From positions 24,263,239 to 24,327,002 of the forward strand of contig NC_068996.1 in NCBI RefSeq assembly GCF_001194135.2: DNA of 63,764 nucleotides. Reading direction: 5' to 3'. The notes beneath the pieces are model-generated. The model saw only the letters and a program-made list of their open reading frames with translations. It was not told where the DNA came from and did not search any database. A program made the position numbers and the translations under genes. Source of the stretch: Octopus bimaculoides. Taxonomy: Eukaryota. This document shows positions 49,022-62,355 of the stretch, piece by piece (the first letter of the stretch is position 1; the number at the start of each line of letters is the position of its first letter).

Positions 49022-49991
49022 TCTATAGATATATATATATCTATATTTATATATATATCTATATCTATCTATCTATATATATATATANNNNNNNNNNNNN
49101 NNNNNNNNNNNNNNNNNNNNNNNNNNNNNNNNNNNNNNNNNNNNNNNNNNNNNNNNNNNNNNNNNNNNNNNNNNNNNNNNNNNNNNNNNNNNNNNNNNNN
49201 NNNNNNNNNNNNNNNNNNNNNNNNNNNNNNNNNNNNNNNNNNNNNNNNNNNNNNNNNNNNNNNNNNNNNNNNNNNNNNNNNNNNNNNNNNNNNNNNNNNN
49301 NNNNNNNNNNNNNNNNNNNNNNNNNNNNNNNNNNNNNNNNNNNNNNNNNNNNNNNNNNNNNNNNNNNNNNNNNNNNNNNNNNNNNNNNNNNNNNNNNNNN
49401 NNNNNNNNNNNNNNNNNNNNNNNNNNNNNNNNNNNNNNNNNNNNNNNNNNNNNNNNNNNNNNNNNNNNNNNNNNNNNNNNNNNNNNNNNNNNNNNNNNNN
49501 NNNNNNNNNNNNNNNNNNNNNNNNNNNNNNNNNNNNNNNNNNNNNNNNNNNNNNNNNNNNNNNNNNNNNNNNNNNNNNNNNNNNNNNNNNNNNNNNNNNN
49601 NNNNNNNNNNNNNNNNNNNNNNNNNNNNNNNNNNNNNNNNNNNNNNNNNNNNNNNNNNNNNNNNNNNNNNNNNNNNNNNNNNNNNNNNNNNNNNNNNNNN
49701 NNNNNNNNNNNNNNNNNNNNNNNNNNNNNNNNNNNNNNNNNNNNNNNNNNNNNNNNNNNNNNNNNNNNNNNNNNNNNNNNNNNNNNNNNNNNNNNNNNNN
49801 NNNNNNNNNNNNNNNNNNNNNNNNNNNNNNNNNNNNNNNNNNNNNNNNNNNNNNNNNNNNNNNNNNNNNNNNNNNNNNNNNNNNNNNNNNNNNNNNNNNN
49901 NNNNNNNNNNNNNNNNNNNNNNNNNNNNNNNNNNNNNNNNNNNNNNNNNNNNNNNNNNNNNNNNNNNNNNNNNNNNNNNNNNNNNNNNNAT

Positions 49992-50505
49992 ATCATTATC
50001 ATCATCGTTTAATGTCCGCTTTCCATGCTAGCATGGGTTGGACGATTTGACTGAGGACTGGTGAAACCAGATGGCTGCACCAGGCTCCAATCTGATTTGG
50101 AAGAGTTTCTACAGCTGGATGCCCTTCCTAATGCCAACCACTCCGAGAGTGTTGTGGGTGCTTTTACGTGCCACTGGCATGAGGGTCAGTCAGGCGGTAC
50201 TGGCAACGGCCACACTCAAAATGGTGTATTTTACGTGCCACCTGCACAGGGGCCAGTCCAGCGGCACTGGCAATGACCTCGCTCGAATGATTTTCTAATG
50301 TGCCACTGGCACAAGTGCCAGTAAGGCAACATTGGTAACGATCACACTCAAATGGTGCTGTTTATGTGTCACCAGCACGGAAGCCAGACAACTGCTCTGG
50401 CAATGGTTACGCTCGGACGGTGCTGTTAGCGCTGCACTGGCATGGGTGCCAGTCATCGAATTTGGTTCAATTACAATTTCGATTTCACTTGCCTCAACAG
50501 TCCTT
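49992..50505 (-). mobile_element. RTE 3' end with several diverged internal subrepeats
   Basis: Tail motif plus repeated cacactcaaa.tggtg...tgtgccac units. Confidence 0.9.
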
Positions 50506-50659
50506 CGCAAATATATATATATTCATGGGAGCATACATTTGTGTCTCCTTGTCTAGAAATCACAGTATAGTTGTAAACAAGTGTTACTGTCATGTAAGTG
50601 GATCTGTTCATTTCCAGTCTTCCTTGAAAACATGGGAAATGTTACCTTACCTAAGAGTG

Positions 50660-50880
50660 GCACGCTGGCAGAATTATTAGCATGTCAGGCAAAATGCTTA
50701 GCAACATTTCATCTATCTTTATGTTCTGAGTTCAAATTCTACCGAGGTCAACATTGCCATTCATCCTTTTGGGATGGGGTGGTGGGATTGATAAAATAAG
50801 TACCAGTTATGCACTGGGGTCAACTTACCGACTTCCCTCTTTTCCGGAATTGCTGGCCTCGTAACAAAGCTTGAAATCAA
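50660..50880 (+). mobile_element. S2-like SINE (diverged)
   Basis: gctggcagaattattagc...ttctgagttcaaattctaccgaggtc...aaataagtaccagttatgcactggggt. Confidence 0.8.
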
Positions 50881-50995
50881 TATTACCTTACCTAGAAACA
50901 GGTAAGGGTTGGTTACAGGAAAGGCATCTGACTAGAAAATCTGTCTCAAAGAACTCTGTGTGATACATTGAAAGAATGAAAAAGTAGACATTAAA

Positions 50996-51010
50996 ATAAT
51001 GATGATGATA

Positions 51011-51063
<53 letters not shown>

Positions 51064-52234
51064 AACATAACAGTGGTAACAAGGATGCTGATGATAGTGA
51101 TGATATCACCACCACTGATGATGACAGTCATAATGACATCAACGATGATGATGATGATGATGGACAAATGTCAGTGACAACAATGATTATAGCAACGACA
51201 ACAAGGGCAATGACAACAATGATGATGATGATGATGAGAATGAAAATGATGATGATGATGATTATGATCATGGAAGAAGATAATGATGATAATGACAATG
51301 TCAGNNNNNNNNNNNNNNNNNNNNNNNNNNNNNNNNNNNNNNNNNNNNNNNNNNNNNNNNNNNNNNNNNNNNNNNNNNNNNNNNNNNNNNNNNNNNNNNN
51401 NNNNNNNNNNNNNNNNNNNNNNNNNNNNNNNNNNNNNNNNNNNNNNNNNNNNNNNNNNNNNNNNNNNNNNNNNNNNNNNNNNNNNNNNNNNNNNNNNNNN
51501 NNNNNNNNNNNNNNNNNNNNNNNNNNNNNNNNNNNNNNNNNNNNNNNNNNNNNNNNNNNNNNNNNNNNNNNNNNNNNNNNNNNNNNNNNNNNNNNNNNNN
51601 NNNNNNNNNNNNNNNNNNNNNNNNNNNNNNNNNNNNNNNNNNNNNNNNNNNNNNNNNNNNNNNNNNNNNNNNNNNNNNNNNNNNNNNNNNNNNNNNNNNN
51701 NNNNNNNNNNNNNNNNNNNNNNNNNNNNNNNNNNNNNNNNNNNNNNNNNNNNNNNNNNNNNNNNNNNNNNNNNNNNNNNNNNNNNNNNNNNNNNNNNNNN
51801 NNNNNNNNNNNNNNNNNNNNNNNNNNNNNNNNNNNNNNNNNNNNNNNNNNNNNNNNNNNNNNNNNNNNNNNNNNNNNNNNNNNNNNNNNNNNNNNNNNNN
51901 NNNNNNNNNNNNNNNNNNNNNNNNNNNNNNNNNNNNNNNNNNNNNNNNNNNNNNNNNNNNNNNNNNNNNNNNNNNNNNNNNNNNNNNNNNNNNNNNNNNN
52001 NNNNNNNNNNNNNNNNNNNNNNNNNNNNNNNNNNNNNNNNNNNNNNNNNNNNNNNNNNNNNNNNNNNNNNNNNNNNNNNNNNNNNNCCGCCACCGCCACC
52101 ACCGCCACCACCACCAATTACCACCAATGCTTTCAACACTAACAACCTCAATACAACTGTTACCATTACTATAACCATTTCAACTACCACTTCCACAACT
52201 GCCATCATCACCACCACAGTCATTACTGTTACCA

Positions 52235-52274
<40 letters not shown>

Positions 52275-52440
52275 AACTGCCACCACCACTACTATTGCTG
52301 GTGACACCAACACCAACAACACCGCCAATAGCTCCAACAAAAGCAACACCATTAGCAAACTCAAACTCCACCACCAACACCACCACCACAAACACCCATC
52401 ACTAACAATACTTCCACCACCGTCACCATTATCATTGTGA
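50996..52440. repeat. (GAT)n and (CAC/TAC)n trinucleotide fields flanking a 782-N gap
   Basis: Directly visible. Confidence 0.9.
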
Positions 52441-53455
52441 TTATTATTAATGTCATCATTAATATAAAATTGTATGTGTTAATACGTGTGTGTGTGTGTG
52501 TGTACGTGTGTGTGTGTGTGCGTGTGTGTGCACTTCAACATGCTTTAGAGTGTATGAGTGTGCGAGTGACTGTATGTGGGGGTTTGGGTATGTGTGCAAA
52601 TTGTGTACGTGGGTGTTCATATAAGTATATACATGTATATATATGTATATATATGTATATAGATACATAGGATATATATATATATATACTATGTATCTAT
52701 ATATCTATCCATCTCTCTCTCCTTCTATCTCTCTCTCCTTCTATCTCTCTCTCCTTCTATCTCTCTCTCCTTCTCTCTCTCTCTCTCTCNNNNNNNNNNN
52801 NNNNNNNNNNNNNNNNNNNNNNNNNNNNNNNNNNNNNNNNNNNNNNNNNNNNNNNNNNNNNNNNNNNNNNNNNNNNNNNNNNNNNNNNNNNNNNNNNNNN
52901 NNNNNNNNNNNNNNNNNNNNNNNNNNNNNNNNNNNNNNNNNNNNNNNNNNNNNNNNNNNNNNNNNNNNNNNNNNNNNNNNNNNNNNNNNNNNNNNNNNNN
53001 NNNNNNNNNNNNNNNNNNNNNNNNNNNNNNNNNNNNNNNNNNNNNNNNNNNNNNNNNNNNNNNNNNNNNNNNNNNNNNNNNNNNNNNNNNNNNNNNNNNN
53101 NNNNNNNNNNNNNNNNNNNNNNNNNNNNNNNNNNNNNNNNNNNNNNNNNNNNNNNNNNNNNNNNNNNNNNNNNNNNNNNNNNNNNNNNNNNNNNNNNNNN
53201 NNNNNNNNNNNNNNNNNNNNNNNNNNNNNNNNNNNNNNNNNNNNNNNNNNNNNNNNNNNNNNNNNNNNNNNNNNNNNNNNNNNNNNNNNNNNNNNNNNNN
53301 NNNNNNNNNNNNNNNNNNNNNNNNNNNNNNNNNNNNNNNNNNNNNNNNNNNNNNNNNNNNNNNNNNNNNNNNNNNNNNNNNNNNNNNNNNNNNNNNNNNN
53401 NNNNNNNNNNNNNNNNNNNNNNNNNNNNNNNNNNNNNNNNNNNNNNNNNNNNNNN

Positions 53456-53490
<35 letters not shown>

Positions 53491-53494
53491 GTGA

Positions 53495-53995
53495 GGGGAG
53501 GGCACATGACCTAGTGGTTAGGTTGTTGCTCTTGATCAAAACACTTCATCTTACGGTACAACAATACACTATAATACAAAAAATGTACTATATACCTGTT
53601 GTAATTTAGTTATCCGTAGTCCGATGATATTTCAGAATACAATTCCTTCTTCAGATATTCTTAGATGATTCCGAAATATCATTGGACTATAGATAACTGA
53701 ATTACAACAGGTATATAGTCCATTTTTTGTATTATAGTGCATTGTTGTACCATTCTAAACTTTTTATCCTTTACAAACAATACACAATGCTTCAAGCGAA
53801 CTACAATACTCTCCTATTTCATCTTACGTTGCTTTGCGATAGCTTGACATGTGGCACACAGTGCACCTGTTCAGACAATGCTGATTTGATGGAGGGAGTG
53901 AGTTAATGTGTGGCACAAGCATTTGGTCACTATAAAAAAAATTCATTTGTGCAGGTCATTTGGCAAAAGCTGAACGCTCAGATGTTGTCTTTGCA
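53495..53995 (+). mobile_element. Family D SINE split by a hairpin insertion
   Basis: Head at 53495-53554, body resumes at about 53829 and matches the 4311-4610 copy. Confidence 0.8.
53555..53817. mobile_element. Insertion: 84-bp-arm inverted repeat plus ~65-bp tail, flanked by an 11-bp TSD
   Basis: Arms 53555-53638 and 53668-53751; ttcatcttacg at 53545-53555 and 53818-53828 (last g shared with the arm). Confidence 0.8.
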
Positions 53996-54028
53996 AATTG
54001 AGCTTCTTAATCACACAACCATGCCTGC

Positions 54029-54030
<2 letters not shown>

Positions 54031-54067
<37 letters not shown>

Positions 54068-54345
54068 ATGTATGTGTACATGCATGCGCACGTGTGTGTG
54101 TGTGTGTGTGTATGTGTGTGTGCGTGTATGTATGTGTACATGCATGTGCACGTGTGTGTGTATATGTGTGTATGTGTGTGTGTATGTGTGTGTGTGTATG
54201 TATGTGTACATGCATGCGCACGTGTGTGTGTATGTGTGTGCGTGTATGTATGTGTACATGCATGCGCACGTGTGTGTGTGTATGTGTGTGTGCGTGTATG
54301 TATCTGTACGTGCATGCGCACGTGTGTGTGTGTGTGCATGCATGC
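54031..54345. repeat. Compound (GT)n/(gtacatgcatgcgcac) minisatellite
   Basis: Directly visible recurring unit. Confidence 0.85.
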
Positions 54346-54519
54346 ATAAAAACATCAACTTAGCTTTCAGTTATAAGCAGCCTAGTAGCAGCATGTCATA
54401 ATACTTTTGCTAATTATCTTGCACTTGTGTTCTTCTTGTATGATATTGTTGTCCTACCTACAAGCACTGGCTTTCATTTGCGGTCCTCTATATAAAACAT
54501 GTCCAGCCATTATGGTATT

Positions 54520-55200
54520 CAGGTTTGAAGGGCCACTGGGAAATACTAGCTTCCCTGGAAAGAAGCGAGGATTAGCAACATGAAGGGCATCTGGTTATAG
54601 AAAGACCTTCTACACTATATTTCGTCTGAGCCATGCAAACATGGAAAAGCACATGTTTAGATGATGAAAATAATGATAATATAAGACTATTACAAAGTGC
54701 TGGTATTAAATATTAAAAAAAAAAAGTGACTATGAATGTTTAATGAATTTGCAAATACTAATTAGCTTTGAATTCATAAAAGCCCTAATTATGTGGATGG
54801 TGCTGTGTGATAATAATACTGGAAATAATTGACAGAATTGTTAGAGTATTGGAAGAAATGTAGTATTTCTTCTGGCTCTTTATGTTCTGAGTTCAATTCC
54901 TGCTGGGTCAACTTTACTTTACATCTTCTTAGTAGAATGGGTGGGTGAGTGGGAATCAATAAAATAAAGTACTAATTTAGTATGGAGGCCAGTAGTATTG
55001 ACTAATCTCCTCTCCTGGCCTGGCCTGGCCTTGTGTCTAAACTAAAGACCATATGCTTTTTTGCTATTTTTTTTTAGATCTTCAAGGTCTGAATTTGAAT
55101 CCCACTCAGGTAAACTTTGATCTTCATCCCTCTAGGGTAGATGAGATAAACTAGCAGTCAAAATACTGAGGGACTGAGGGTATTGACTAACCCTTTCCCC
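54520..55200 (+). mobile_element. Cluster of old fragments: RTE tail (54520-54680) and two S2-like pieces (54795-55050, 55085-55200)
   Basis: Diverged gaagggcatctggttatagaaa...catgcaaacatggaaaag and ttctgagttcaattcc...aaataaagtact motifs. Confidence 0.55.
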
Positions 55201-55296
55201 ATGTGATGATGGTGGTAATGGTGGTGATGGTGGTGGTGGCGGCAGCGACAGGGATGATGGCAGTGGCAGCAGCAACAAGAGCAGCAGCAGCAGCAA

Positions 55297-55363
<67 letters not shown>

Positions 55364-56269
55364 TGTAATAGTAGTAGTAGTAGTGGCAGCATGAGAAGTT
55401 TATTTGAATCATTCTTGTTAGGATTCAGCTTACAGCATCACAAGCTGATGCAACAATAACTACCACCACTGCTGCTGCCCACAAATTCAATTACTTACAC
55501 CACCACCACCACCACTACCATAGAAATAACAGCCAAACCTACCTCAAACCACACTTACACACATACCCAACCATCTTAAAAAGCAGGAAATGTGCAATGT
55601 GATCATGAGTTTTCTGAATAAAGAAAGTAAAAGGTGGAATAGTCATGGCTGGAATGTCTTTGATCATAAATCCACTTAAACAGGGAATGGCCTGGATTTA
55701 ACAACAACCTCATTTTACTTTTATAGAATGAATAACCATAATGATTGTTTCAAGAGTATGTGCTCCAGTATGGCCACAGTTCTGATGTATTGATACCAGT
55801 GAAGAATGAAAAAAAAAAAAAAACTATAGTTAATTGGTCATTAGTTCAAACCTCACTAATGATTGTCATTGCATTGTGTTCCCCCTTCATGGAGGTCCCT
55901 AAACTCTATAGTTTGTACAGCTGACCATGGAATAAAAAAAAATGGAAAGAAAGGAAAGAAAAAAGGGGCAAATTCTATCCCTTACTTTAACAGTCCAGTG
56001 ATTAATGGTAGGGGACTCAGAAACAAACTGACCAACAGACAGACAGAGATGCAGCTGTAAAAACAACTCACCTCCCCCCCCCACACACACACACACACTC
56101 ACACACAAAACTCTATGTGGTCTGCTTGACCTTTAACCTGCTAAAAATAGAAATCATACCCTGGTGTAGTTGTCCTCAACTGGGCCCCTTGGGGGTTCAT
56201 ATACGATTTTGTTGTTAAAAATTTATGTGCAATAAAACTGGTTATGCTTCTATAATACACAAAATATCT

Positions 56270-56500
56270 TCTTTTACCTTTTTTGTTAACTTGCTTTAGT
56301 CATTAGACTGTGGCCATGCTGGGGCACCCACCTTGAATTTTTAGTCGAATGAACCAACCACAGTGCTTGTTTTTAGGTCAGGTACTTATTCTATCGGTCT
56401 CTTTTACCAAATCGCCAAGTTATGGGGGTGCAAACACACCAACATTGGTTGTCAAGCAGTCATAGGAGACAAACACAGACATAAACACTTAGATATATAT

Positions 56501-56557
<57 letters not shown>

Positions 56558-57010
56558 NNNNNNNNNNNNNNNNNNNNNNNNNNNNNNNNNNNNNNNNNNN
56601 NNNNNNNNNNNNNNNNNNNNNNNNNNNNNNNNNNNNNNNNNNNNNNNNNNNNNNNNNNNNNNNNNNNNNNNNNNNNNNNNNNNNNNNNNNNNNNNNNNNN
56701 NNNNNNNNNNNNNNNNNNNNNNNNNNNNNNNNNNNNNNNNNNNNNNNNNNNNNNNNNNNNNNNNNNNNNNNNNNNNNNNNNATATGTTGTTGTACTTGGG
56801 GATGGTCATATTGCCAGTTTAGCCAATATATATATATATATATATATATACATTGGGCTTCTTTCAGTTTCTGTCTACCAAATCCACTCACAAGGCTTTG
56901 GTTGGCCTGGGGCTAAAGTAGAAAACACTTGCCCAAGGTGCCACACAGTGGGACTGAACCCTGGACTATGTGACTGGAAAGCAAGTTTCGTACCACACAG
57001 CCATGCCTGC
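56270..57010 (-). mobile_element. S1 SINE with a gap in its internal microsatellite
   Basis: Tail at 56270-56490, head at 56850-57010. Confidence 0.8.
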
Positions 57011-57599
57011 CACTGGTATCTTAACAATTTTTTTTATGCAATTCCTAAATAATATTTAATTACAAAAATACAGTAGGAATTTTTATATATACATCATGTG
57101 GTTATGGAGGTCCAGTACAGCAAAATAAAAATCAAAGGGGCCAAGAGGAAAACATGGTTGAAAATCACTTTGTTAATATACTATTACAAAGACATTATAT
57201 ATTCAATAACATAGTACTACGTTCATATGTATGTAGGACTCCCCACAAAGGACAGGATGGTCATTGTTAGAGTGTCTTTATACATAAAGTTTTGCTTTAT
57301 TTAAATTGACTAACCTGTTATGGAACAACAATATCAACCTATAAACCAGCCCATTCCTGTTATAAGGGCTTCAAATTTTTGCATACGGCCAGCTAGTTCA
57401 GGTAAGTGGATTTTATTGACCCACAGTATGCAAGATTTGTGCACTATTTCTCTTGATATGAGGTCACCATGTCGTGCACATATGATTGTGATACATGTGC
57501 CTTGTGTACCCTCATCAGGCAGAGTATATTGGGTTTTGTATATTTGTAGCCCAGTATCATGTCGATGGCAAGTACTGTTCTCTCAATCAATAATAATAA

Positions 57600-57790
57600 C
57601 AATAATAATAATGTCTTCAAATTTTAACACAAAGCCTGTAAGTTTGGGTGTGGAGCTAAGTTGATACATCAACTCCAGTGTTCAACTGGTACTTATTTTA
57701 TCGACCCCAGAAAGAGGAAAAGCAAAGTCGACCTCAGTGGAATTTGAACTCAAAACGTAAAGACGGACAAAATGCTAATGATGCTGCTAG
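57600..57790 (-). mobile_element. S2-like SINE fragment
   Basis: aactggtacttattttatcgaccccagaaagaggaaaagcaaagtcgacctcagtggaatttgaactca. Confidence 0.8.
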
Positions 57791-57894
57791 CTTGCTGCCT
57801 TGATGATATTTTTATTCTTTTATATGATTCAGCCCTTAGGTTTCAGTCATGCTGGAGCACCATCACAGGTTCATCCACTGGTCAGAATTGTTCA

Positions 57895-59110
57895 TTGCTG
57901 CTATAAAGACATTAGGATGAAATTTGGTATTGCAAAGTGTGCCACCCTGACAATGAAAAGAGGTAGACATGTATGTAGTCATGAGATTAACCTGACTGAG
58001 AGTCAACTGGTGACACTGAGGGTAGTGGGTACAAATATCTTGGTCTTTTGGAGCTAGACAAAGTTGTAACTGAGAAGATCAAAGGAAATGTGAAGGAAGT
58101 CTATCCAAAGAGGTTAGCAATGCTACTGAAAATGAAATTGAATGGGAAGAAATTGAGGACTGCTATCAAAGTCTGGGTTGTGTTGGTAATTAGACAAACT
58201 GCAACTATTTTGAATTGGACCAAAGAAGAGATGGAGCAGCTGGATAAGTTGATATGGAAGAAAATGGTTGTGAATGCTGCATTGCACCTAAAGGTAAATG
58301 TTACAAGTTATATACACTGTGGAACATAGGAAAACGAGGACTTATAAGTGTGAAAGAGTGTGTGGCTAGTGAATGCAGGTCTTTAGATTTGTATTTGGCC
58401 AGTTGTAGAGAAGAACTTTTAAGGTATGTTGCCAAAAGCAGAGGTTTATTCAGAGATACTATTGAAAGTAATGAAAATTACTAACAGAGATTACTAGCTG
58501 AGAAAATGAGCATTGTTTTATTCTTTTTTTTTTACTCTCTTACTTGTTTCAGTCATTTGACTGTAGCCATGCTGGAGCACTGCCTTTAGACAAACATCAT
58601 CATCATCATCATTTAACGTCCATTTTCCATGTTGGCATGGGTTGGACAGTTTGACAAGAGCTGACCAGCTGAAGGGCTGTTCAGGCTCCCTGTCTGTTTT
58701 GGTATGGTTTCCACAATTGGATTCCCTTCTTAATGCCAACCACTTTACAGAGTGTACTGGGAGCTTTATGCAGCACTGGTACTAGTGCTTTTTACATGGT
58801 GCCAGCCTCTATGAGCCCGCAAGATGAGAGATACTCAGCTGGAGAGGGCTGCAGGGGTCAAGCCTGTATGCAAGGATAATCATGCTCTTACTTAGCTTGA
58901 CATGTCTTTTCAAACACAGCAAACTGCCAGGAGTCTCAGACCTCTGTCATCCACTCTGTGAGTCCCAACATTTGTAAATCCTCTCTGAAAAGCAGAATCT
59001 TTATGGAATTGGTTGACCTTAGGGTGATTTTAAGGAAGAGACTGAAAATTTGTTGGTAGGCGCTCAAGATCAAGCACTAAACACAAACTCTAGCATGGAA
59101 AAGTGGATAT
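57895..59110 (+). mobile_element. R4/Dong-type post-RT region, interrupted at 58510-59000 by an S1 tail and an RTE tail
   Basis: DIRMKFGIAKCA; KLNGKKLRTAIKVW..LVIRQTATILNWTKEEMEQLDK; GKRGLISVKECV; resumes LRKETENLLVGAQDQALNTNS. Confidence 0.85.
58527..58990 (-). mobile_element. S1 3' tail (58527-58592) followed by an older RTE 3' end (58594-58990)
   Basis: tacttgtttcagtcatttgactgtagccatgctggagcac; then catcatcatcatttaacgtccattttccatgttggcatgggttggac. Confidence 0.85.
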
Positions 59111-59710
59111 TACAAGAAGTAAAACAATAAAGTCGTGATTTCTGAGAGTTTTGACTGCTATTTCAAGCAAGCAAACCAATCATGTATGTACTTGGATCTC
59201 TTTCATTAGTTTTCTCTGTGGTTCTTTGAAAAAAATTTTAAAATTTTAAAAATGTAATTAAAAAAAAAAGGACACAAGTAGTCAGATAGCAAAGTTTTGC
59301 TGCAAGAATACATGCCAAATTGTCCAAGTTTCCTAACCTATCTCTAACAACATACCAACAGAAAATGTATGAATGCTGTGTGTAGAGCTAATACAGTAAA
59401 GACTATTATTTATAGATTCTCATGAAGCATTTCAGCCATCATTATTCTAAATAGTTTGTTTAGATTCCTGCATGATACTTGTTTGATAGTCGTTATGAAA
59501 TTTAGACATGTCATTAAATAGATACACTTAGGTGTTTAATGTTTGTTATTTGAGTGTGTGAGTGTGTATGAGTGTGTATGAGTGTGTGTGCGCATGTGTG
59601 TGTGTGTATATATATAATCTTTGTATATTTGTAGCTATCTCATTGCATAAATCATTCCCATTACAATTTATACACACACGTAGGTGTTTTAGCACAAAGA
59701 AAAACAGATA

Positions 59711-60125
59711 TACTCTTTACTCTTTTACTCTCTTTTACTTGTTTCAGTCATTTGACTGCGGTCATGCTGGAGCACCACCTTTAGTCGAGCAAATCAACCC
59801 CAGGACTTATTCTTTGGAAGCGTAGTCTCTTTCTTCTATCGGTCTCTTTTGCTGAACCGCTAAGTTACGAGGACCTAAACACACCAGCATCAGTTGTCAA
59901 GTGACGTTGAGCGAACAAACACAGACACACAAACATATACACATACATATATATATATATACGACGGGCTTCTTTCAGTTTCCGTCTACCAAATCCACTC
60001 ACAAGGCTTTGGTCGGCCCAAGGCTGTAGTAGAAGACACTGGCCCAAGATGCCACACAGTGGGACTGAACCCAGAACCATGTGGTTGGTAAGCAAGCTAC
60101 TTACCACACAGCCACTACCGCACCT
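59711..60125 (-). mobile_element. S1 SINE, full length
   Basis: Complete consensus-like copy. Confidence 0.92.
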
Positions 60126-60227
60126 ATGTATGTAAAACTCTCCAATATACATTTAAGTGTGCATGCACGGGGGTGCATGTGTGTGTGTGCATGTCCGCAT
60201 GTGTGCATGTTTGTGTGTGTTTGAAGA

Positions 60228-60430
60228 TGCATGGGCTAGTGGTTTTGGTGTGGCACTCACAATCACAAAATCATGGTTTCATTTTCCAGACCAGAAAGGA
60301 TTGCATTGGGTTCTTGAGCAAAACACTTTATTTCACATGACTCCAGTCCCGTCTACTCAGGTATAAATGGGTAAACCTTACAATCGACTTAGAATCCCAT
60401 TCAGAGAGAATGTTAGATTACCCATCTAGC
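60228..60430 (+). mobile_element. Old tRNA-headed SINE related to family D in its 5' part
   Basis: gctagtggtt...ggtttcattttcc...gttcttgagcaaaacacttt, then a different body. Confidence 0.55.
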
Positions 60431-60524
60431 CATACAGTGGGATGGCATCATTCAAAACATACAACAATGCAACCAGTCGTGTATAGCAAACATCCAATAG
60501 TCTGGTCATTAAAGTGATACAGTG

Positions 60525-60565
60525 AAATGTATGCATGTATGTATGTATGTATATATGTATGTATG

Positions 60566-60599
<34 letters not shown>

Positions 60600-60900
60600 T
60601 GTGTATGTATGTATGTATGTATGTATGTGTATGTATGTATGTGTGCATATGTATGTATGTATGTGTATGTATGTATGTATGTATGTATGTATGTGTATGT
60701 ATGTATGTGTGCATATGTATGTATGANNNNNNNNNNGTGTGCATATGTATGTATGTATGTGTATGTATGTATGTATGTATGTATGTATGTGTATGTATGT
60801 ATGTGTGCATATGTATGTATGAATGTGTATGTATGTATGTATGTATGTGTGCTTGTATGTATGTGTATGTATGTATGTATGTGTGTGTGTATAGATATAT
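60525..60900. repeat. (TATG)n field with ~40-bp higher-order periodicity
   Basis: The gtgtgcatatgtatgtatgtatgtgtatg unit recurs. Confidence 0.9.
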
Positions 60901-61053
60901 ACATATAAATATATGCCCACAGATACTATGGACTACACTTTAATCATCCCAGGAATACGGACTGTGATATTAAGAGTCATGTGATTTTTGGAATCACGTG
61001 TAGTGATGTATTAAATGTCTATAAATTCCATCCAAGGATTATTGTTGTTGTTA

Positions 61054-61115
<62 letters not shown>

Positions 61116-61116
61116 G

Positions 61117-61184
61117 GGAAAGGAAGAGTCTTATGAGACAACAGACAAAGATTGCGAACCACCTGAGCAAGCACCCCAAAAGTG
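61117..61184 (+). CDS. Weak candidate exon
   Basis: Donor AGTG|gtgaga; acceptor lies in an AT microsatellite; two open frames (GKEESYETTDKDCEPPEQAPQK / ERKSLMRQQTKIANHLSKHPKS). Confidence 0.2.
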
Positions 61185-62068
61185 GTGAGAAGTCTTGTGA
61201 TTGTTCTGCCTCCCACTTCATAGTTTTAAAACTAATAATAGTTGATTGTGAGCCCCCACCCACCCACACACATGCACACACAGACTTTAAGTATTCCTCT
61301 GGATACATTTAATCAAATTCTTGCTGACCTTCATCAGAATCTTCTTAAAATTTGCTGTATCTCATCTGTTGGAAATAATCTGCATCATTGTCGTTCCTCT
61401 CTCAAAGTCTTTGGTGTTGTGAGCTCCATGGTTGAATAAAAAGAAAAAAAAAACATTCTTCAAACTAACTAACACTATTTTTGTATAGTTTATTCAGATT
61501 CTACTGCACTGGGAATTTGGCTTGAGCGAGTAAATTTTAAAAATGTTAAATGAAATTTCATTATGACGTAAATACAAAAAAGTAAGTTAGCTGAATCATT
61601 ATGGTGCCAGGCAAAGTGCTTTGTGGTAGTTCTTCAGATACTTTGTATTTTAAGTTCAAATTGCACCGAGTTCAAATTTGCATTTCATCAACTTCAGATT
61701 TCATCTCTTCAGGGTCAATTAAATAAAATGCCATTAAGGTGGATGGTTCTCACTAAATCCCTCCCCTCAAACCTACAGACATTATGCCTAAAGTAGAAAC
61801 CATTATTAGATGAATATTATTTAGAGACTTTGCTCTATAAATGTTCCATTATAGCTTTACAAAGGAATCTTTGGTTAAGTTGTGTTCTAAACATCATCTT
61901 AAAATAGTAGTATTTGTAGATATTAAAGTTATGAGATTTTGGTGTTTAAATGTTCCATTGTAGTTTTACACAATCTTTGGTTAAACATAACATGTACAAG
62001 CCATCAAGGGAGTCTCTAAATGGTTGCTTGATCTGCTACAAGTAGCACCACTATGCTTCTTGTATTAG

Positions 62069-62239
62069 ACATTTCTTTCTCAAAAATTGAGTGACATATT
62101 TGCTAATGCGCTCCTTGATAAATATTACAAATACCAAGATGGTCCTGGTTGGAACGCCTTTGTTCAATCAAAGAAACTGATTTTAGTGTCAAGCAATTAC
62201 AGCAAAATCTTCCAAAGCAATCAAAACCAGAGAAAATGA
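62069..62239 (+). CDS. Candidate exon of an unidentified gene
   Basis: Acceptor cttcttgtattag; 56-codon open frame TFLSQKLSDIFANALLDKYYKYQDGPGWNAFVQSKKLILVSSNYSKIFQSNQNQRK* in unique sequence. Confidence 0.35.
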   Translation, partial: TFLSQKLSDIFANALLDKYYKYQDGPGWNAFVQSKKLILVSSNYSKIFQSNQNQRK

Positions 62240-62313
62240 TATACATCCATATGTGTGTATGTGTATGTATGTATGCAGATGTGTATGTGTATCTAAATAT
62301 ATATATGTGTGTA

Positions 62314-62355
<42 letters not shown>

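Noticed and set aside
57440-57522. Minus-strand CTGATGAG followed by a long hairpin and GAAA
   Set aside because: About 9 unpaired nt separate the stem from GAAA and stem I is at most 3 bp, so it is not a valid hammerhead as it stands.
61290-61440. Helitron-like YPEEYLKS on the minus strand, and a plus-strand exon-like frame
   Set aside because: A single short motif with flanking stops and no supporting helicase motifs.
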